A stretch of 64,000 nucleotides of DNA, from positions 9,230 to 73,229 of the forward strand of contig JAJZDN010000014.1 of the NCBI GenBank assembly GCA_021805985.1, read 5' to 3'. A model generated the notes under the pieces. The model did no database searches. It worked only from the letters and a program-made list of their open reading frames with translations, and was not told where the DNA came from. Position 1 is the first letter of the stretch. Each line of letters begins with the position of its first letter. The position numbers and the translations under genes were made by a program. Origin of the DNA: Planctomycetota bacterium. GTDB lineage: Bacteria > Planctomycetota > Phycisphaerae > WQYP01. Positions 1-10,080 of this stretch are shown piece after piece.

Positions 1-427
1 TTCCCCTGGTATGTGCAACGAGCTTGGAAACATAGTTTGACCAGGCTCCGAAATGGTGCATCGGAAAGGTATGGGTCTTGGCGTTGATCCACGGTGCGTT
101 GTAAAGGAGTAAACCGTTAAGATACATTCCGTTGGCCGCGCCGCCTTGAATCATGGAATCCAATGTCTTGAAGTTCCAAACTCCACGCTGAGGCTCGATA
201 CCGCGCCACGACACCCCCAGTCGCGCCCACTTTACCCCCGCTTTGCTCATCCAGGGCATCCACCTGGCGTAAGCGGCCGAGGCTGGAGCTCCGGTGGCCA
301 CGCCAAAAGGATCCATGTTTGCCAAATCGCCACCCTTGGCCAACGTGGTACGGCACCCCAGCACGACGGCTGCTATGGCGATCACGATTGTGCACGCTTT
401 GCCCAGCAGAGAACAGCTTTTTGTCAT
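1..427 (-). CDS. secreted glycoside hydrolase, clan GH-A-like (GH39/GH5-like), 5' part only; runs off the window
   Basis: Not in the ORF track; translated by hand from ATG at 427: MTKSCSLLGKACTIVIAIAAVVLG (signal-like)...MSKAGVKWARLGVSWRGIEPQRGVWNFKTLDSMI...WSNYVSKLVAH. The GvkwvR...W..iEP..G.w.f..lD pattern is typical of GH-A TIM barrels. Confidence 0.7.
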   Translation of the reverse strand, partial: MTKSCSLLGKACTIVIAIAAVVLGCRTTLAKGGDLANMDPFGVATGAPASAAYARWMPWMSKAGVKWARLGVSWRGIEPQRGVWNFKTLDSMIQGGAANGMYLNGLLLYNAPWINAKTHTFPMHHFGAWSNYVSKLVAHTRG

Positions 428-788
428 TTGCCGTCGAAACATAAGAACTCCTGAAGTTAGCCAGCGCGGCGGGAAATTTTAGGGTTGTCCGGCTGATTTC
501 CGTTGCGCCTGCGTGGGCCGCCGCTTGGGATCGTATTGTATATTGCGCGTTTAAGTTTACCACCGTCTCGCGCGGCCACGTTTTAGATCGACTGAAAAAG
601 CGTATGGTATGGGGCGGCCCCGGTTAGGCCTACACGCGCTGCCAACCGCACCCTGCCGGCTTCCCCGCGCCAGGACACTTCGCAGGGAAGCAGGTGGAGG
701 CGGGGCCGTCGTTTTTGAGGGATAATCCGTGATCCGTGGCCGCGCTGACGAGGCCGACCGCCTGCGGGTTTAATTCTGTTTCTGTTGC

Positions 789-1655
789 TTATCCGAACTG
801 GCCAGTGACATACGCCAGAGTTTGCTGGTGCTCGGGGTTGTGGAAGATTTTATCGGGGGCACCGACTTCAATCAGGTTGCCCATATAGAAAAATGCGGTC
901 TGGTGGGCCACGCGCACAGCTTGGTGCATATTGTGCGTGACAATCACGATGGTCATGGTTTTGCTTAATTCATTAATCAGCGCTTCAATGGTTTTCGTGG
1001 CAATGGGATCCAGCGCCGAACAGGGTTCATCCATCAGCAGCACTTCAGGGTCTGCCGCGATGGCCCGCGCAATGCAAAGACGCTGCTGCTGGCCCCCTGA
1101 AAGAGACAATGCGGAAATATGCAGGCGGTCTTTTACCTCATACCAAAGCCCTGCTGAGCGTAAGGATTTCTCAACTTTGTCGGCAATCACTGTTTTTCCG
1201 CGAATGCCATGAATCCGCAGCGGATAGGCCACATTTTCAAAAATGCTTTTGGGAAATGGATTGGGCTTCTGAAATACCATGCCTGTGCGTTTGCGCAATT
1301 CCATCACATCCTCCCGGCGGTCGTAAATATCGGCACCATGGATTTTGATGCTTCCGCGCACGTGGCAATGTCGGATCAGATCATTCATGCGATTAAAGCA
1401 GCGAAGAATTGTGGACTTGCCGCAGCCTGACGGCCCGATGAACGCGGTCACTTCGCCATGGGCGATGTGCAGATTCACGCCATGAACTGCCCGGCCTTTT
1501 CCATAAAATACTTAGAGGTTGTTAATTTCTATGGCCTGCCGCTTAACGTGCGGATCCCGAGCCACGGGTATCAGGCGAGGCGGGTTGGCGGCATGACCGT
1601 TATGTTGCGAAGCGTGCGAGCGTGAAGCGGATTCAGTGGTAATTGGCGGTGTCAT
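789..1655 (-). pseudogene. pstB: phosphate ABC transporter ATPase PstB with an in-frame premature stop
   Basis: [65 protein letters not shown] at 1655 follows GGAGG and reads ...[21 protein letters not shown] in one frame, with TAA at 1512-1514. Confidence 0.85.
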
Positions 1656-1883
1656 GGTAAATACCTCCGCGATTTTCAGTCGCCTGCTTTTGGCTTGTCT
1701 GCCCGGCATACGCCAAGGCAAAAGTTCATCAAGCCCGTGAGATAACAGTATGACATTGGCAGGGACGGGAGCAAGGGTTTTCCAGTGAAAAAGCCCGTAT
1801 TAGCGCAACATTATCCATTGAATGACGCATCGCTAGCGCAATGCTAATATTTTCATAAATACAAATTTGTGCTCCGGGCCATA

Positions 1884-2085
1884 GGAGCCTCTCTGAGTAA
1901 TCACCAGGCTGCGACGGCGTGATTTTTGGCCTCTCGTGGCATCGTCGCGTCAGAGCACCGTGGTGATAACCCGGTGGTTGGCTCGCGACACTGGATCAAC
2001 CACCGGATTACCATCCGGTGCTCTACAAGACGCGGCGACGATGGCGTACTTCAACACGATGGCACCGCATACTCGGATGGACTCC
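1884..2085 (+). mobile_element. MITE-like element carrying an inverted pair of REP-like palindromes (family A, copy 1)
   Basis: Imperfect terminal inverted repeats GGAGCCTCTCTGAGTAAT...ATACTCGGATGGACTCC and an internal palindrome AGAGCACCG...CAACCACCGGATTACCATCCGGTGCTCTAC. A near-identical inverted copy lies at 42990-43170. Confidence 0.75.
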
Positions 2086-2273
2086 TTGTAAAGAATGCTT
2101 TACTAAAGGCCAGCACTGGTAACGTTGTTGTTACCAGCAATGGGCTTTAGTAACGGGGGCCTGACTACGCATGGAAAGAAGCACAGGTACGTAACCCCGG
2201 ATACCCAGTAACGTTAGCTGAGCTATTCTGTTGCCGCGGTCGGTTTTATTGCTCGAACCGACTCCCATGCATA

Positions 2274-2301
2274 TTCACTAAAAATTAACACAAAACAACC
2301 C
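2274..2301 (+). promoter_or_regulatory. Pho-box-like direct repeats with 11-bp period
   Basis: TTCACT (2274), TTAACA (2285) and CAACCC (2296), each 11 bp apart, upstream of the phosphate symporter gene. Confidence 0.5.
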
Positions 2302-2409
2302 GAACCAAAAAACTCATCGCGTAAAACTTATATCGGTTATGGTCCGTTGGCCTTGCGAAAGTCCTTGTGGAGTTTTTTGGGTCCTGCGGTTTTTTGAGGA
2401 GTTATTATC

Positions 2410-3870
2410 ATGGCAGTAAACAATGACCTTCACGCCGCCGAAGTTTCGGAGGCGCTGAATGAAGTGAAATTCAGCGGCTTTCATCTGCGGGCGATTATCA
2501 CCGCGGGCATGGGATTTTTTACCTCAGCCTTTGACTTGACCGTCATCGGTACAGCCTTGGCATTGGCCGGGCCGGAATGGATGAAAGGCTTTCTCGCCGG
2601 TGGCGGCAGCAAAGCTGATTTTGCGTGGACCATGGGGTTGGTAGGCTCGGTGTCCCTGGCGGCAACATTTGTCGGAGCCATTGTATTTGGCATGATTGCC
2701 GACAAAATCGGCCGTAAGAGTGTTTACGGTATTGAAGCCATCCTGATGACCGTCGGAGCTATTGGAAGTGCCTTAGCCGGGGGTCCCATTTCCATGATTG
2801 TCTGGCGGACCATTATGGGTTTTGGAATTGGTGGTGATTATCCGTTATCCGCCGTTCTTATGAGTGAATATGCTAATCGTGAATCGCGGGGGAAAATGGT
2901 GGGCATGGTATTTTCCTGCCAGGCGTTGGGTTTCCTCGCCGGGCCGATTGCGATTTTGACAATGCTGGCCGCGGGCGTGAGCCACGACCTGACGTGGCGC
3001 ATCGCCTTGGGTATGGGAGCACTGCCGGCCATGGGCGTCATTATTTTGCGGCGGACGATGCCGGAATCTCCGCGGTGGCTCGCCCGTGCTAAGGGACAGG
3101 CTACAGCGGCGGCGCAGTCTTTACGAGCCTATTCTGAGGGCATCGCCCGGCCCGCTGCCCGCGAAGCCACCGCCGTAGTACGTGAACCTCTGGCCAAGTA
3201 CGCCCTGACTCTGCTGGGCACCGCCGGCTGCTGGTTTGTTTTTGACTACGCGTACTATGGCAACACCATCGGCATGCCAACGATCATTAATTCAGTCGCT
3301 CCGCATGCGTCTCTAATGACCACGGTAGCATGGAATGTTCTGATCTTCGGGATATTTGCAGTTCCCGGCTATGTATTTGCGTTTATGTTAAGCGATAAAC
3401 TCGGTCGCAAATTTATTCAGATGATGGGCTTTGCTCTCATGGGGTTAATGTTCCTGGCGCTGGGCCTTATTCCCGCACTAGCCCAGAACGCAGCCGCGTT
3501 CATAACCGTATTCGGGTTAAGCTACTTTTTCGCAGAATTCGGGCCGAATGTCACCACGTTTGTGCTGGCGGCGGAACTGTACCCCGTAAATCTGCGCACG
3601 ACCGGCCATGGAATTTCGGCAGGCATCGCCAAGATCGGCGCTTTCCTCGGCGTGCTGTTCCTGAACGGCATTCTTGCGAAGCTGGGCTTTGGCGGCGGAA
3701 TGCTGCTTTCGGCGGGCATGTCCCTGGTGGGCCTCGTGCTGACCGCCGTATGTATCAAAGAACCCGCGGGTAAATCATTGGAAGAAGCAGGCCAGGAAAC
3801 CGGATGGGAACCGGAACCTCAGGAAGTTTCCCGCCAAGCCCTGCGCACCCCGGCCGGCGCGTCGGCGTAA
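2410..3870 (+). CDS. MFS phosphate:H+ symporter (PHS family, Pho84-like)
   Basis: AGMGFFTSAFDL, ADKIGRK, GFGIGGDYPLSA, FDYAYYG and FGPNVTTFVLAAELYPVNLRTTGHGISAGIAKIGA match PHS motifs; about 12 TM segments; GAGGAG RBS. Confidence 0.85.
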   Translation: MAVNNDLHAAEVSEALNEVKFSGFHLRAIITAGMGFFTSAFDLTVIGTALALAGPEWMKGFLAGGGSKADFAWTMGLVGSVSLAATFVGAIVFGMIADKIGRKSVYGIEAILMTVGAIGSALAGGPISMIVWRTIMGFGIGGDYPLSAVLMSEYANRESRGKMVGMVFSCQALGFLAGPIAILTMLAAGVSHDLTWRIALGMGALPAMGVIILRRTMPESPRWLARAKGQATAAAQSLRAYSEGIARPAAREATAVVREPLAKYALTLLGTAGCWFVFDYAYYGNTIGMPTIINSVAPHASLMTTVAWNVLIFGIFAVPGYVFAFMLSDKLGRKFIQMMGFALMGLMFLALGLIPALAQNAAAFITVFGLSYFFAEFGPNVTTFVLAAELYPVNLRTTGHGISAGIAKIGAFLGVLFLNGILAKLGFGGGMLLSAGMSLVGLVLTAVCIKEPAGKSLEEAGQETGWEPEPQEVSRQALRTPAGASA

Positions 3871-4002
3871 TCAATTATTGAGAGCCCAGCAGGTGCCCCA
3901 GGGGCCGGACGTTATGCACGTCTGGCCCCTTTCATAGTGTTCATGGGGAAAGCCTTGTGCCCGTGCAATGCGGCTAATCCAACATATGCCCGCTTGTAGC
4001 GC

Positions 4003-4140
4003 TCACAGCTTGCGCAGGGATCGTCGCCTGACGCCCGCGACAAGGGCCAAGCCTGCCGCGCCCGAGCCAAGCAAGACCAATGATGAAGGAATGGGAGCCA
4101 GCGATGGATCATAACCAATGGCTTGGAGTGCGATGCCTTC
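4003..4140 (-). pseudogene. orphan PEP-CTERM/VPLPA-like sorting signal (3' remnant of a surface-protein gene)
   Basis: APIPSSLVLLGSGAAGLALVAGVRRRSLRKL* gives a Pro motif, TM helix and Arg cluster, with no plausible upstream gene body. Confidence 0.55.
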
Positions 4141-4271
4141 CGGTAGAACATGAAACGGGGACGTATCTAGGTTTTGGTTTTTGGCGTGATCGATCGGCCC
4201 GGCGGAGTTGGCGGTTGGCTGAAGGGCGGAGGACACTCGCCGGGGTAGGAGCAAGAACTGGCCTTAGTTGT

Positions 4272-4847
4272 TCAAAGCATTCGCACTCGCTCGGCAAAGG
4301 CAGCGAAACCTTCCGGGCAGCGGCGTGCGAGGTGGGAAATATCCAGTTCAGCCGCGATCCGGGCGTACATTTCCGCACCGCCCCAGTGCAGACCCAACTC
4401 CGCCAGCAATTTTCCCATGTGCTCTTTGGGGTGGGCTAACTTTTCCGGGTCGGATTGTTTGGGAACAGTTACGGCTAAAACCTTACTGATGGCTTGCTCA
4501 TCGGCTAACATCCACGCGTCAAAAGCTTCAACGGGAACGCCCAATGCCCGGGGGATGAGGCATTGCGCCGTGTGATTCTGGGCATCCGCGATTTCAGTAC
4601 ATCGCGTTGGCACGCCGTCGCGATCCACCAGTAATATAATGGCATCGTAGCCGCGCTTCCTGGCCTCCAGCATCCAGCGAACCGCTTTTTTGAAGTACGC
4701 CTTCCCTTTTCCGGGGTGCACGTGGATTTTGGAATTTGCTAACCGGTCGAACGTCAGATCAGTTAAATCAGGCCTTACCTGCTGAATTAGTGCACGGGCC
4801 GCTCCGTCGGACTCGTGCTTACCCTCAACAACCACCAGCACGCGCAT
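4272..4847 (-). CDS. DUF4276-like (TOPRIM-like) protein
   Basis: N-terminal VVVEGKHE, central LLVDRD, and VPVEAFDAWMLAD...DPEKLAHPKE; 1-nt overlap with the upstream ATPase stop. Confidence 0.65.
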   Translation of the reverse strand: MRVLVVVEGKHESDGAARALIQQVRPDLTDLTFDRLANSKIHVHPGKGKAYFKKAVRWMLEARKRGYDAIILLVDRDGVPTRCTEIADAQNHTAQCLIPRALGVPVEAFDAWMLADEQAISKVLAVTVPKQSDPEKLAHPKEHMGKLLAELGLHWGGAEMYARIAAELDISHLARRCPEGFAAFAERVRML

Positions 4848-6019
4848 TATTTCTTCCCGTCCGTAACTGTTTTGGCTAGCGCCTCATCACCTTCCGCCGT
4901 CCAGATTTCACCGAGGCTGAAGACGTCGAGTTGTTTTTTCACATCAGGCGACGATCCCAGCGGATGCACCGAGACGCTGCCGTCTGGCTCCTTGCGGCAC
5001 AACGTCACTTCTTCCGGTTTGAAAAAATCGAGCAGGTACGGCGAATGCGTGGTCATGATAATCTGGGTGCGTTTCTGCTTCTCGATTAATTGCCGTAAGA
5101 TGTTAAGAACCTCTTCAAGACGCTTAGGATGAATTCCGTTTTCCGGTTCCTCAACCAGAATGACCCGCGGCGGATCGGGCAAATGCAAAAGTGTTGTATA
5201 AGCCAGGACCAGCAGCGAGCCATCGGAAGCTTGTGCGGCCGGAATACTGCGGCCGTTTCCCAGTTGAAAGTAAATGCCTTTTCCACTGGCGTTTGCAGCG
5301 TGCGGCAAGTCTTCCGCCACTTGGGGTTGCGGCCACTGGTAAGCGTGCACGGAACGCAACTGGATAGCTTTCATTTCCGGGAAAATCTCGCAAAACCGTG
5401 ATTCCAGAGCGCGGAACCGATCGCGGTCCAAGCCAAGAACGTCATCCAAGCATTGCGCCAAACCGAAACCGGAACTGTCCATGGAAAGCCGATGCGCAGC
5501 GTCGAGTACAACGGGCAATTTAAGCAACCGTGGATTCCAGCGGAACAGCGCAACGCCGCTAAGTGCGTTGTGCAACGTTTTCGCCAGTTGGCCGTCCATG
5601 GTCGGGTGGCTGACGAGGTGAGCGGAATACAGGCTCGTGCGACTAGGATTATCCAGCGGAAAGGAAAGTGGCTCCCGATCCTTTTGAGCCCATACCTCAT
5701 TGCCAAGAAATGGGCCGCCTGCCTGTGGCGGCATGACGCACCCAATGTGGTATTCGCCATCTATGGCATCATCCACGATTTCAGCCCCGAACGAGGCGGT
5801 GTCATTGCCAAGGGTGTCCCAAAGCAAATTCGACGGGTTGGAAGTCGCGGGGAAGACCTGATTGAGCGGATAATCCGCGCTTTTGCACAGCGCCGCGATT
5901 GCCTCAAGAATACTGGTTTTCCCGCTATCGTTGGGGCCTATTAGTACGTGAATTGGCGCGAGCGGCAATGTCACGTCCCGCAGGGCTTTGTAATTTTTCA
6001 CGTGAAATTGGGTGATCAT
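4847..6019 (-). CDS. AAA_21/AAA_15-type ABC-family ATPase
   Basis: VKNYKAL, Walker A LIGPNDSGKTSIL, signature ASDG, Walker B ILVEEPENGIHP, H-loop TTHSPY. Confidence 0.85.
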   Translation of the reverse strand: MITQFHVKNYKALRDVTLPLAPIHVLIGPNDSGKTSILEAIAALCKSADYPLNQVFPATSNPSNLLWDTLGNDTASFGAEIVDDAIDGEYHIGCVMPPQAGGPFLGNEVWAQKDREPLSFPLDNPSRTSLYSAHLVSHPTMDGQLAKTLHNALSGVALFRWNPRLLKLPVVLDAAHRLSMDSSGFGLAQCLDDVLGLDRDRFRALESRFCEIFPEMKAIQLRSVHAYQWPQPQVAEDLPHAANASGKGIYFQLGNGRSIPAAQASDGSLLVLAYTTLLHLPDPPRVILVEEPENGIHPKRLEEVLNILRQLIEKQKRTQIIMTTHSPYLLDFFKPEEVTLCRKEPDGSVSVHPLGSSPDVKKQLDVFSLGEIWTAEGDEALAKTVTDGKK

Positions 6020-6228
6020 TATCCAAGCGCCTTTAGTTTCCCAGCCGCTGTTGCCGCAGTGCGTATATTACTAATGTTACCGCACCAACCCGCTGTTGCA
6101 ACCATACGAAAACGGCTGATCAGCAGGCCAAACAATATAGCCACATATTCAAATACTCTGGCAGATAACATTCGGAGTTACAATATTGGTGCTTTGCGCC
6201 AGTGCTGATAGGCGTGGCTGAAAAGGCT

Positions 6229-6267
6229 TACTGCGTTTTACCACCGGCAGAGCCGGCGGCTGTGTGA
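6229..6267 (+). repeat. dispersed hairpin repeat (family B, copy 1)
   Basis: CCACCGGC-AGA-GCCGGCGGCTGTGTGA; related copies at 10970, 25061 (minus), 28955 and 38681. Confidence 0.7.
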
Positions 6268-6391
6268 AGCTTCGGCTGCCCCTGTAACCTGTCCGCCGTA
6301 ACCTGTAACCTCCGCGCCCCCGGCGACTGAATGGGAATTAATTGTTATGATACGGCTTGAATTTTGGGTTTAAGGGTTTGGGCGGTTTCTT

Positions 6392-7729
6392 ATGCTGGAC
6401 ATGCGGTTTATCCGGGAAAATCCCGGGGTGGTGCGCGACGGTGCTGCGGCGAAAAATATTTCCGTTGATCTCGACGGGCTGCTGGAACTGGATGCACGGT
6501 CACGCGCGCTACAGCAGCGGCTGCAGGAATTGGCCACGCAACAAAATCGAATTACCAAAGAAATTGGTCCGTTGATGGGGCGGATTAAAGCGGAGAAAGA
6601 TCTGGCCAAACGGGCGGAACTGGAAAAGCAGGCAACGGAGTTGCGGCAGCGCCCTACGGAAATCAAGCAGGAATCGCTGGAGCTTCAGGAACAGATTAAA
6701 GCTCTGCAACCGGAAATTGACGCGCGGTTGCTGACCATTCCGCTACCCCCGGACAGTGACGTTCCGCGGGGAAAATCTTCCGAAGACAACGTGGAATTGC
6801 GAACATGGGGCAAGGTGCCAAGCTTTAACTTTCCGGTGCGCAGCCATATAGAACTGGGGGAGAAGCTGGAGTTGTTTGATGTGCCGCGGGGCGTGCGGCT
6901 GGCGGGATCACGGAGTTATTTTCTTACCGGGGCGGGTGCCTTGCTGCATCAGGCGGTGCTGCGGCTGGCCATGGACATGATGGTATTTGAAAAAGGCTTT
7001 ACGCCCATGACCGTTCCGGTGCTGGTGCGTGAGGCGGCCATGCGGGGAACGGGGTTTTTCCCGGCCGGGCGGGAGCAGGCGTATCGCGTAGGGGAAATCA
7101 ATGAAACCGGTGAAGATGAGCGTTTTTTAACGGGGACCGGTGAAGTGGGCCTGACGGCGTTTTATCTCGATGAGATTCTGGATGAGGCACAGTTGCCGCG
7201 AAAGCTGGTTACGCAAAGCACCTGCTTTCGGCGTGAGGCGGGGACGTATGGCAAGGATACCTCGGGCCTGTACCGCATTCATCAGTTTGATAAAGTTGAG
7301 CAGGTTATTATCTGCAAAAATGACCGCGAGGAATCCATCCGCTGGCATAAAGAAATTCTGGCCAACAGTGAGCAGTTGCTGCAACGCCTGAATTTGCCAT
7401 ACCGGGTGATGCAATGCTGCACGGGTGATCTTGGCCCGAAGAACGCCTCCATGATTGATATTGAAACCTGGATGCCCTCACGCAACGCCTACGGTGAAAC
7501 GCATAGCGCCAGTCGGCTATATGATTTTCAGGCCCGGCGATGCGAACTACGTTATCGTGATGCGCAGGGAAAGGTGCAGTACTGCCATACCTTGAACAAC
7601 ACGGTCGCGGCCAGCCCGCGGATATTGATTCCGATTCTGGAGCTGTATCAAACGGCGGATGGTGCGGTTCGCGTGCCCGAAGCGCTGCGGCCTTATATGA
7701 ACGGCATGGAGATTATTACAAAGCAATAA
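6392..7729 (+). CDS. serS: seryl-tRNA synthetase
   Basis: MLDMRFIREN start, coiled-coil arm, LTGTGEV, STCFRREAG, GLYRIHQFDKVE, HTLNNT. Confidence 0.97.
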   Translation: MLDMRFIRENPGVVRDGAAAKNISVDLDGLLELDARSRALQQRLQELATQQNRITKEIGPLMGRIKAEKDLAKRAELEKQATELRQRPTEIKQESLELQEQIKALQPEIDARLLTIPLPPDSDVPRGKSSEDNVELRTWGKVPSFNFPVRSHIELGEKLELFDVPRGVRLAGSRSYFLTGAGALLHQAVLRLAMDMMVFEKGFTPMTVPVLVREAAMRGTGFFPAGREQAYRVGEINETGEDERFLTGTGEVGLTAFYLDEILDEAQLPRKLVTQSTCFRREAGTYGKDTSGLYRIHQFDKVEQVIICKNDREESIRWHKEILANSEQLLQRLNLPYRVMQCCTGDLGPKNASMIDIETWMPSRNAYGETHSASRLYDFQARRCELRYRDAQGKVQYCHTLNNTVAASPRILIPILELYQTADGAVRVPEALRPYMNGMEIITKQ

Positions 7730-7738
7730 GGCGCTCGC

Positions 7739-9124
7739 ATGGAAGCACAGGAATCATCGCGGTTTGCGCGGGCGGCGCATCGGGTTGCCATTGCGATGGT
7801 GGCCATTGGTGCCGCAGCGATGTTCGTCTTCGGCGACCGGCCCAGCATGCATATTCTTCCGGACGGCGCACCGATTCATCATCGCGTGGTCGTAAGCTAT
7901 TGGGAAGAATGGACCGGCTTTGAAGGCCGGGCGATGGAACATATTGTCAATAAATTCAATACCTCGCAGCACCATATATTTATCAATATGGTGGAAGTCA
8001 GCAACGTGAATATAAAAACGTTGATTTCCACAGCCGGGGGAGACCCGCCTGATTTAGTCACGATCTGGTCGGGGATTATGGGGCAATTTATTTCCTACCA
8101 TGCCCTTACTTCACTAAATACGCTGGTGCGGCATCATGTGGTAACGGATCACACATTTGTGCCCTTCGCCTGGAAACTCTGCGCCCCTTACGGCCGGTTG
8201 TATGGGCTGCCGGCGACGACGGACCCGAACGCCCTGTATTGGAATAAGCTGCTTTTTGCCAAAGCGGGGCTGAACCCCGATAAGCCACCGACAACTCTGA
8301 AACAACTGGCGGACATGGCGGCGCGATTGACCATTATCAAGCCTGACGGCACGATTCAGCGGGCGGGGTTTCTGCCCATGGAGCCTAACTGGTACGCCTC
8401 AGATTGGGGCATTTATTTTGGCAATCACATTTACAATTTCAAAACTGGTTATTTCAGGATTGATACGCCGCAGGAACTTGCGGCCTATCGGTGGATGCAG
8501 AGTTTTTCCAAGCAGCTGGGATATCAGGAGGTAGACAGTTTTCAAAGCGGATTCGGGCAGTTCAATTCGCCGCTGAATCCATTTATCGACGGGCAGGTTG
8601 CCATGGAACTGCAGGGGCCGTTTCTGGCGAATTTTATTAATCGCAACAATCCCGAACTCGTCGGGCATTATGGGGTGGCACCCTTTCCTACAAGTTTCGG
8701 TTCCCCGGGCGCAGCGACGTTTGGGGACTGTGATATCTGGGTTATTCCGCGGGGTGCCAAGCATGTGAAGGCGGCGCTGGAGGTGCTGAAATTTTTTATC
8801 CAGCAGAAAAATTTGGAATACCTCAATGACAAGCAGGCCAAGCCCTCCCCGCTGATGAAGACCAGTGCGCAATACATAAGGCGGAATCCCAATCCATATA
8901 TCCGGGTGTTTGACCGCATATCGCGCAATCCTAATGTTCAGTCGCTGCCGCCAAGTCCGATCTGGCCGCGCGTGAATTTGCAAATGACCGTCATGGCCAA
9001 TCGTATCTGGATGGGTGCGTCGGTGAATCAACAGCTTAGCCACGCGCAATTTCTGGCGGATCAGTGGGTGCACCGCGAAAATCATCTCGCGAAGCTGCGC
9101 ATCAAGCAGGAGTTGCGACCATGA
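7739..9124 (+). CDS. carbohydrate ABC transporter substrate-binding protein
   Basis: N-terminal anchor, AGGDPPDL, GRLYGLP, LYWNKLLFAKAGL.P.KPPTT, FIDGQVAM; precedes two permease genes. Confidence 0.85.
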   Translation: MEAQESSRFARAAHRVAIAMVAIGAAAMFVFGDRPSMHILPDGAPIHHRVVVSYWEEWTGFEGRAMEHIVNKFNTSQHHIFINMVEVSNVNIKTLISTAGGDPPDLVTIWSGIMGQFISYHALTSLNTLVRHHVVTDHTFVPFAWKLCAPYGRLYGLPATTDPNALYWNKLLFAKAGLNPDKPPTTLKQLADMAARLTIIKPDGTIQRAGFLPMEPNWYASDWGIYFGNHIYNFKTGYFRIDTPQELAAYRWMQSFSKQLGYQEVDSFQSGFGQFNSPLNPFIDGQVAMELQGPFLANFINRNNPELVGHYGVAPFPTSFGSPGAATFGDCDIWVIPRGAKHVKAALEVLKFFIQQKNLEYLNDKQAKPSPLMKTSAQYIRRNPNPYIRVFDRISRNPNVQSLPPSPIWPRVNLQMTVMANRIWMGASVNQQLSHAQFLADQWVHRENHLAKLRIKQELRP

Positions 9125-10080
9125 CGGAGCGCATTACCCCACGTGAGCAGTTGGCGGGGATGGCGTTTGCGGCGCCCTATCTTATTGGTATGGCGGTGTT
9201 TCTGGTGTATCCGCTGGCGATGAGTTTGTATTACAGCTTCTGCAATTACAGCATGTTGCAGCCGGCGATATGGATCGGGTGGACCAATTACCAGCATCTT
9301 TTGACGGACCACGCCTTTCACACAGCGTTGTGGAACACGATTATTTACGCGGCGATTTCCGTGCCCTTTACGCTGGTGTTAAGCCTGTTGCTGGCGCTGC
9401 TGCTGAATCAACCCACGCGCAGTGCAGGCATTTACCGCACGATTGTATTTATGCCGTCGCTGGTGCCGCTGGTGGCGTCGGCCCTGATCTGGCAATGGCT
9501 GTTTAATGCCGACAAGGGCCTGATTAATGCGGCACTTAGGCCGATATTACACACGCTGGGCCAGCGGATACTTGCCCCGCTGGCCGGTGCGCTGGGGGCC
9601 AGCCATGCCACAGTTGATTCGCTGCGGCACATTACGGCACCGGTATGGCTGGGCGATCCGCACTGGGCGATGGCCGCGATTATTTTTATCAGTTTCTGGG
9701 GCGTTGGCCAGACGGTGGTGATATTTCTCGCGGGCCTGCAGGATGTGCCGCGTGAGTTGCATGAAGCGGCCGAGATGGACGGTGCCGGGGCGATTCACCG
9801 TTTTTTCCATATCACGCTGCCGATGCTGTCACCGGTAATATTTTTTAATTTAATTATGGGCATTATCGGGAGCTGGCAGATATTTGATGTGCCCTATGTG
9901 ATGACGGGCGGCGGACCGGGGCGTTCCACGCTTTTCTACAGCATGTATATATTTGAGGCGGCGTTTAATCAGTTGCGGATGGGGCCGGCGTGCGCGATGG
10001 CGTGGATTCAGCTGCTGATAATTCTTTTCCTGACGGCGTTGGCGTTTGCCTCGGCTAGAAAGTGGGTCTACTACGCATGA
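9121..10080 (+). CDS. carbohydrate ABC transporter permease
   Basis: FLAGLQDVPRELHEAAEMDGAG (EAA loop), ITLPMLSP; ATGA overlap with the binding-protein gene. Confidence 0.9.
   Translation: MTERITPREQLAGMAFAAPYLIGMAVFLVYPLAMSLYYSFCNYSMLQPAIWIGWTNYQHLLTDHAFHTALWNTIIYAAISVPFTLVLSLLLALLLNQPTRSAGIYRTIVFMPSLVPLVASALIWQWLFNADKGLINAALRPILHTLGQRILAPLAGALGASHATVDSLRHITAPVWLGDPHWAMAAIIFISFWGVGQTVVIFLAGLQDVPRELHEAAEMDGAGAIHRFFHITLPMLSPVIFFNLIMGIIGSWQIFDVPYVMTGGGPGRSTLFYSMYIFEAAFNQLRMGPACAMAWIQLLIILFLTALAFASARKWVYYA

Noticed and set aside
5993-6010. parS-like core TTTCACGTGAAA at the start of the ATPase gene
   Set aside because: The outer TG/CA positions do not match and the site is explained by codons F-H-V-K.
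6281-6311. Short CCTGTAA repeats (also TTCATTA repeats near 23295-23312) as a possible CRISPR-like array
   Set aside because: Only 2-3 heptamer units, with no spacers and no cas genes.
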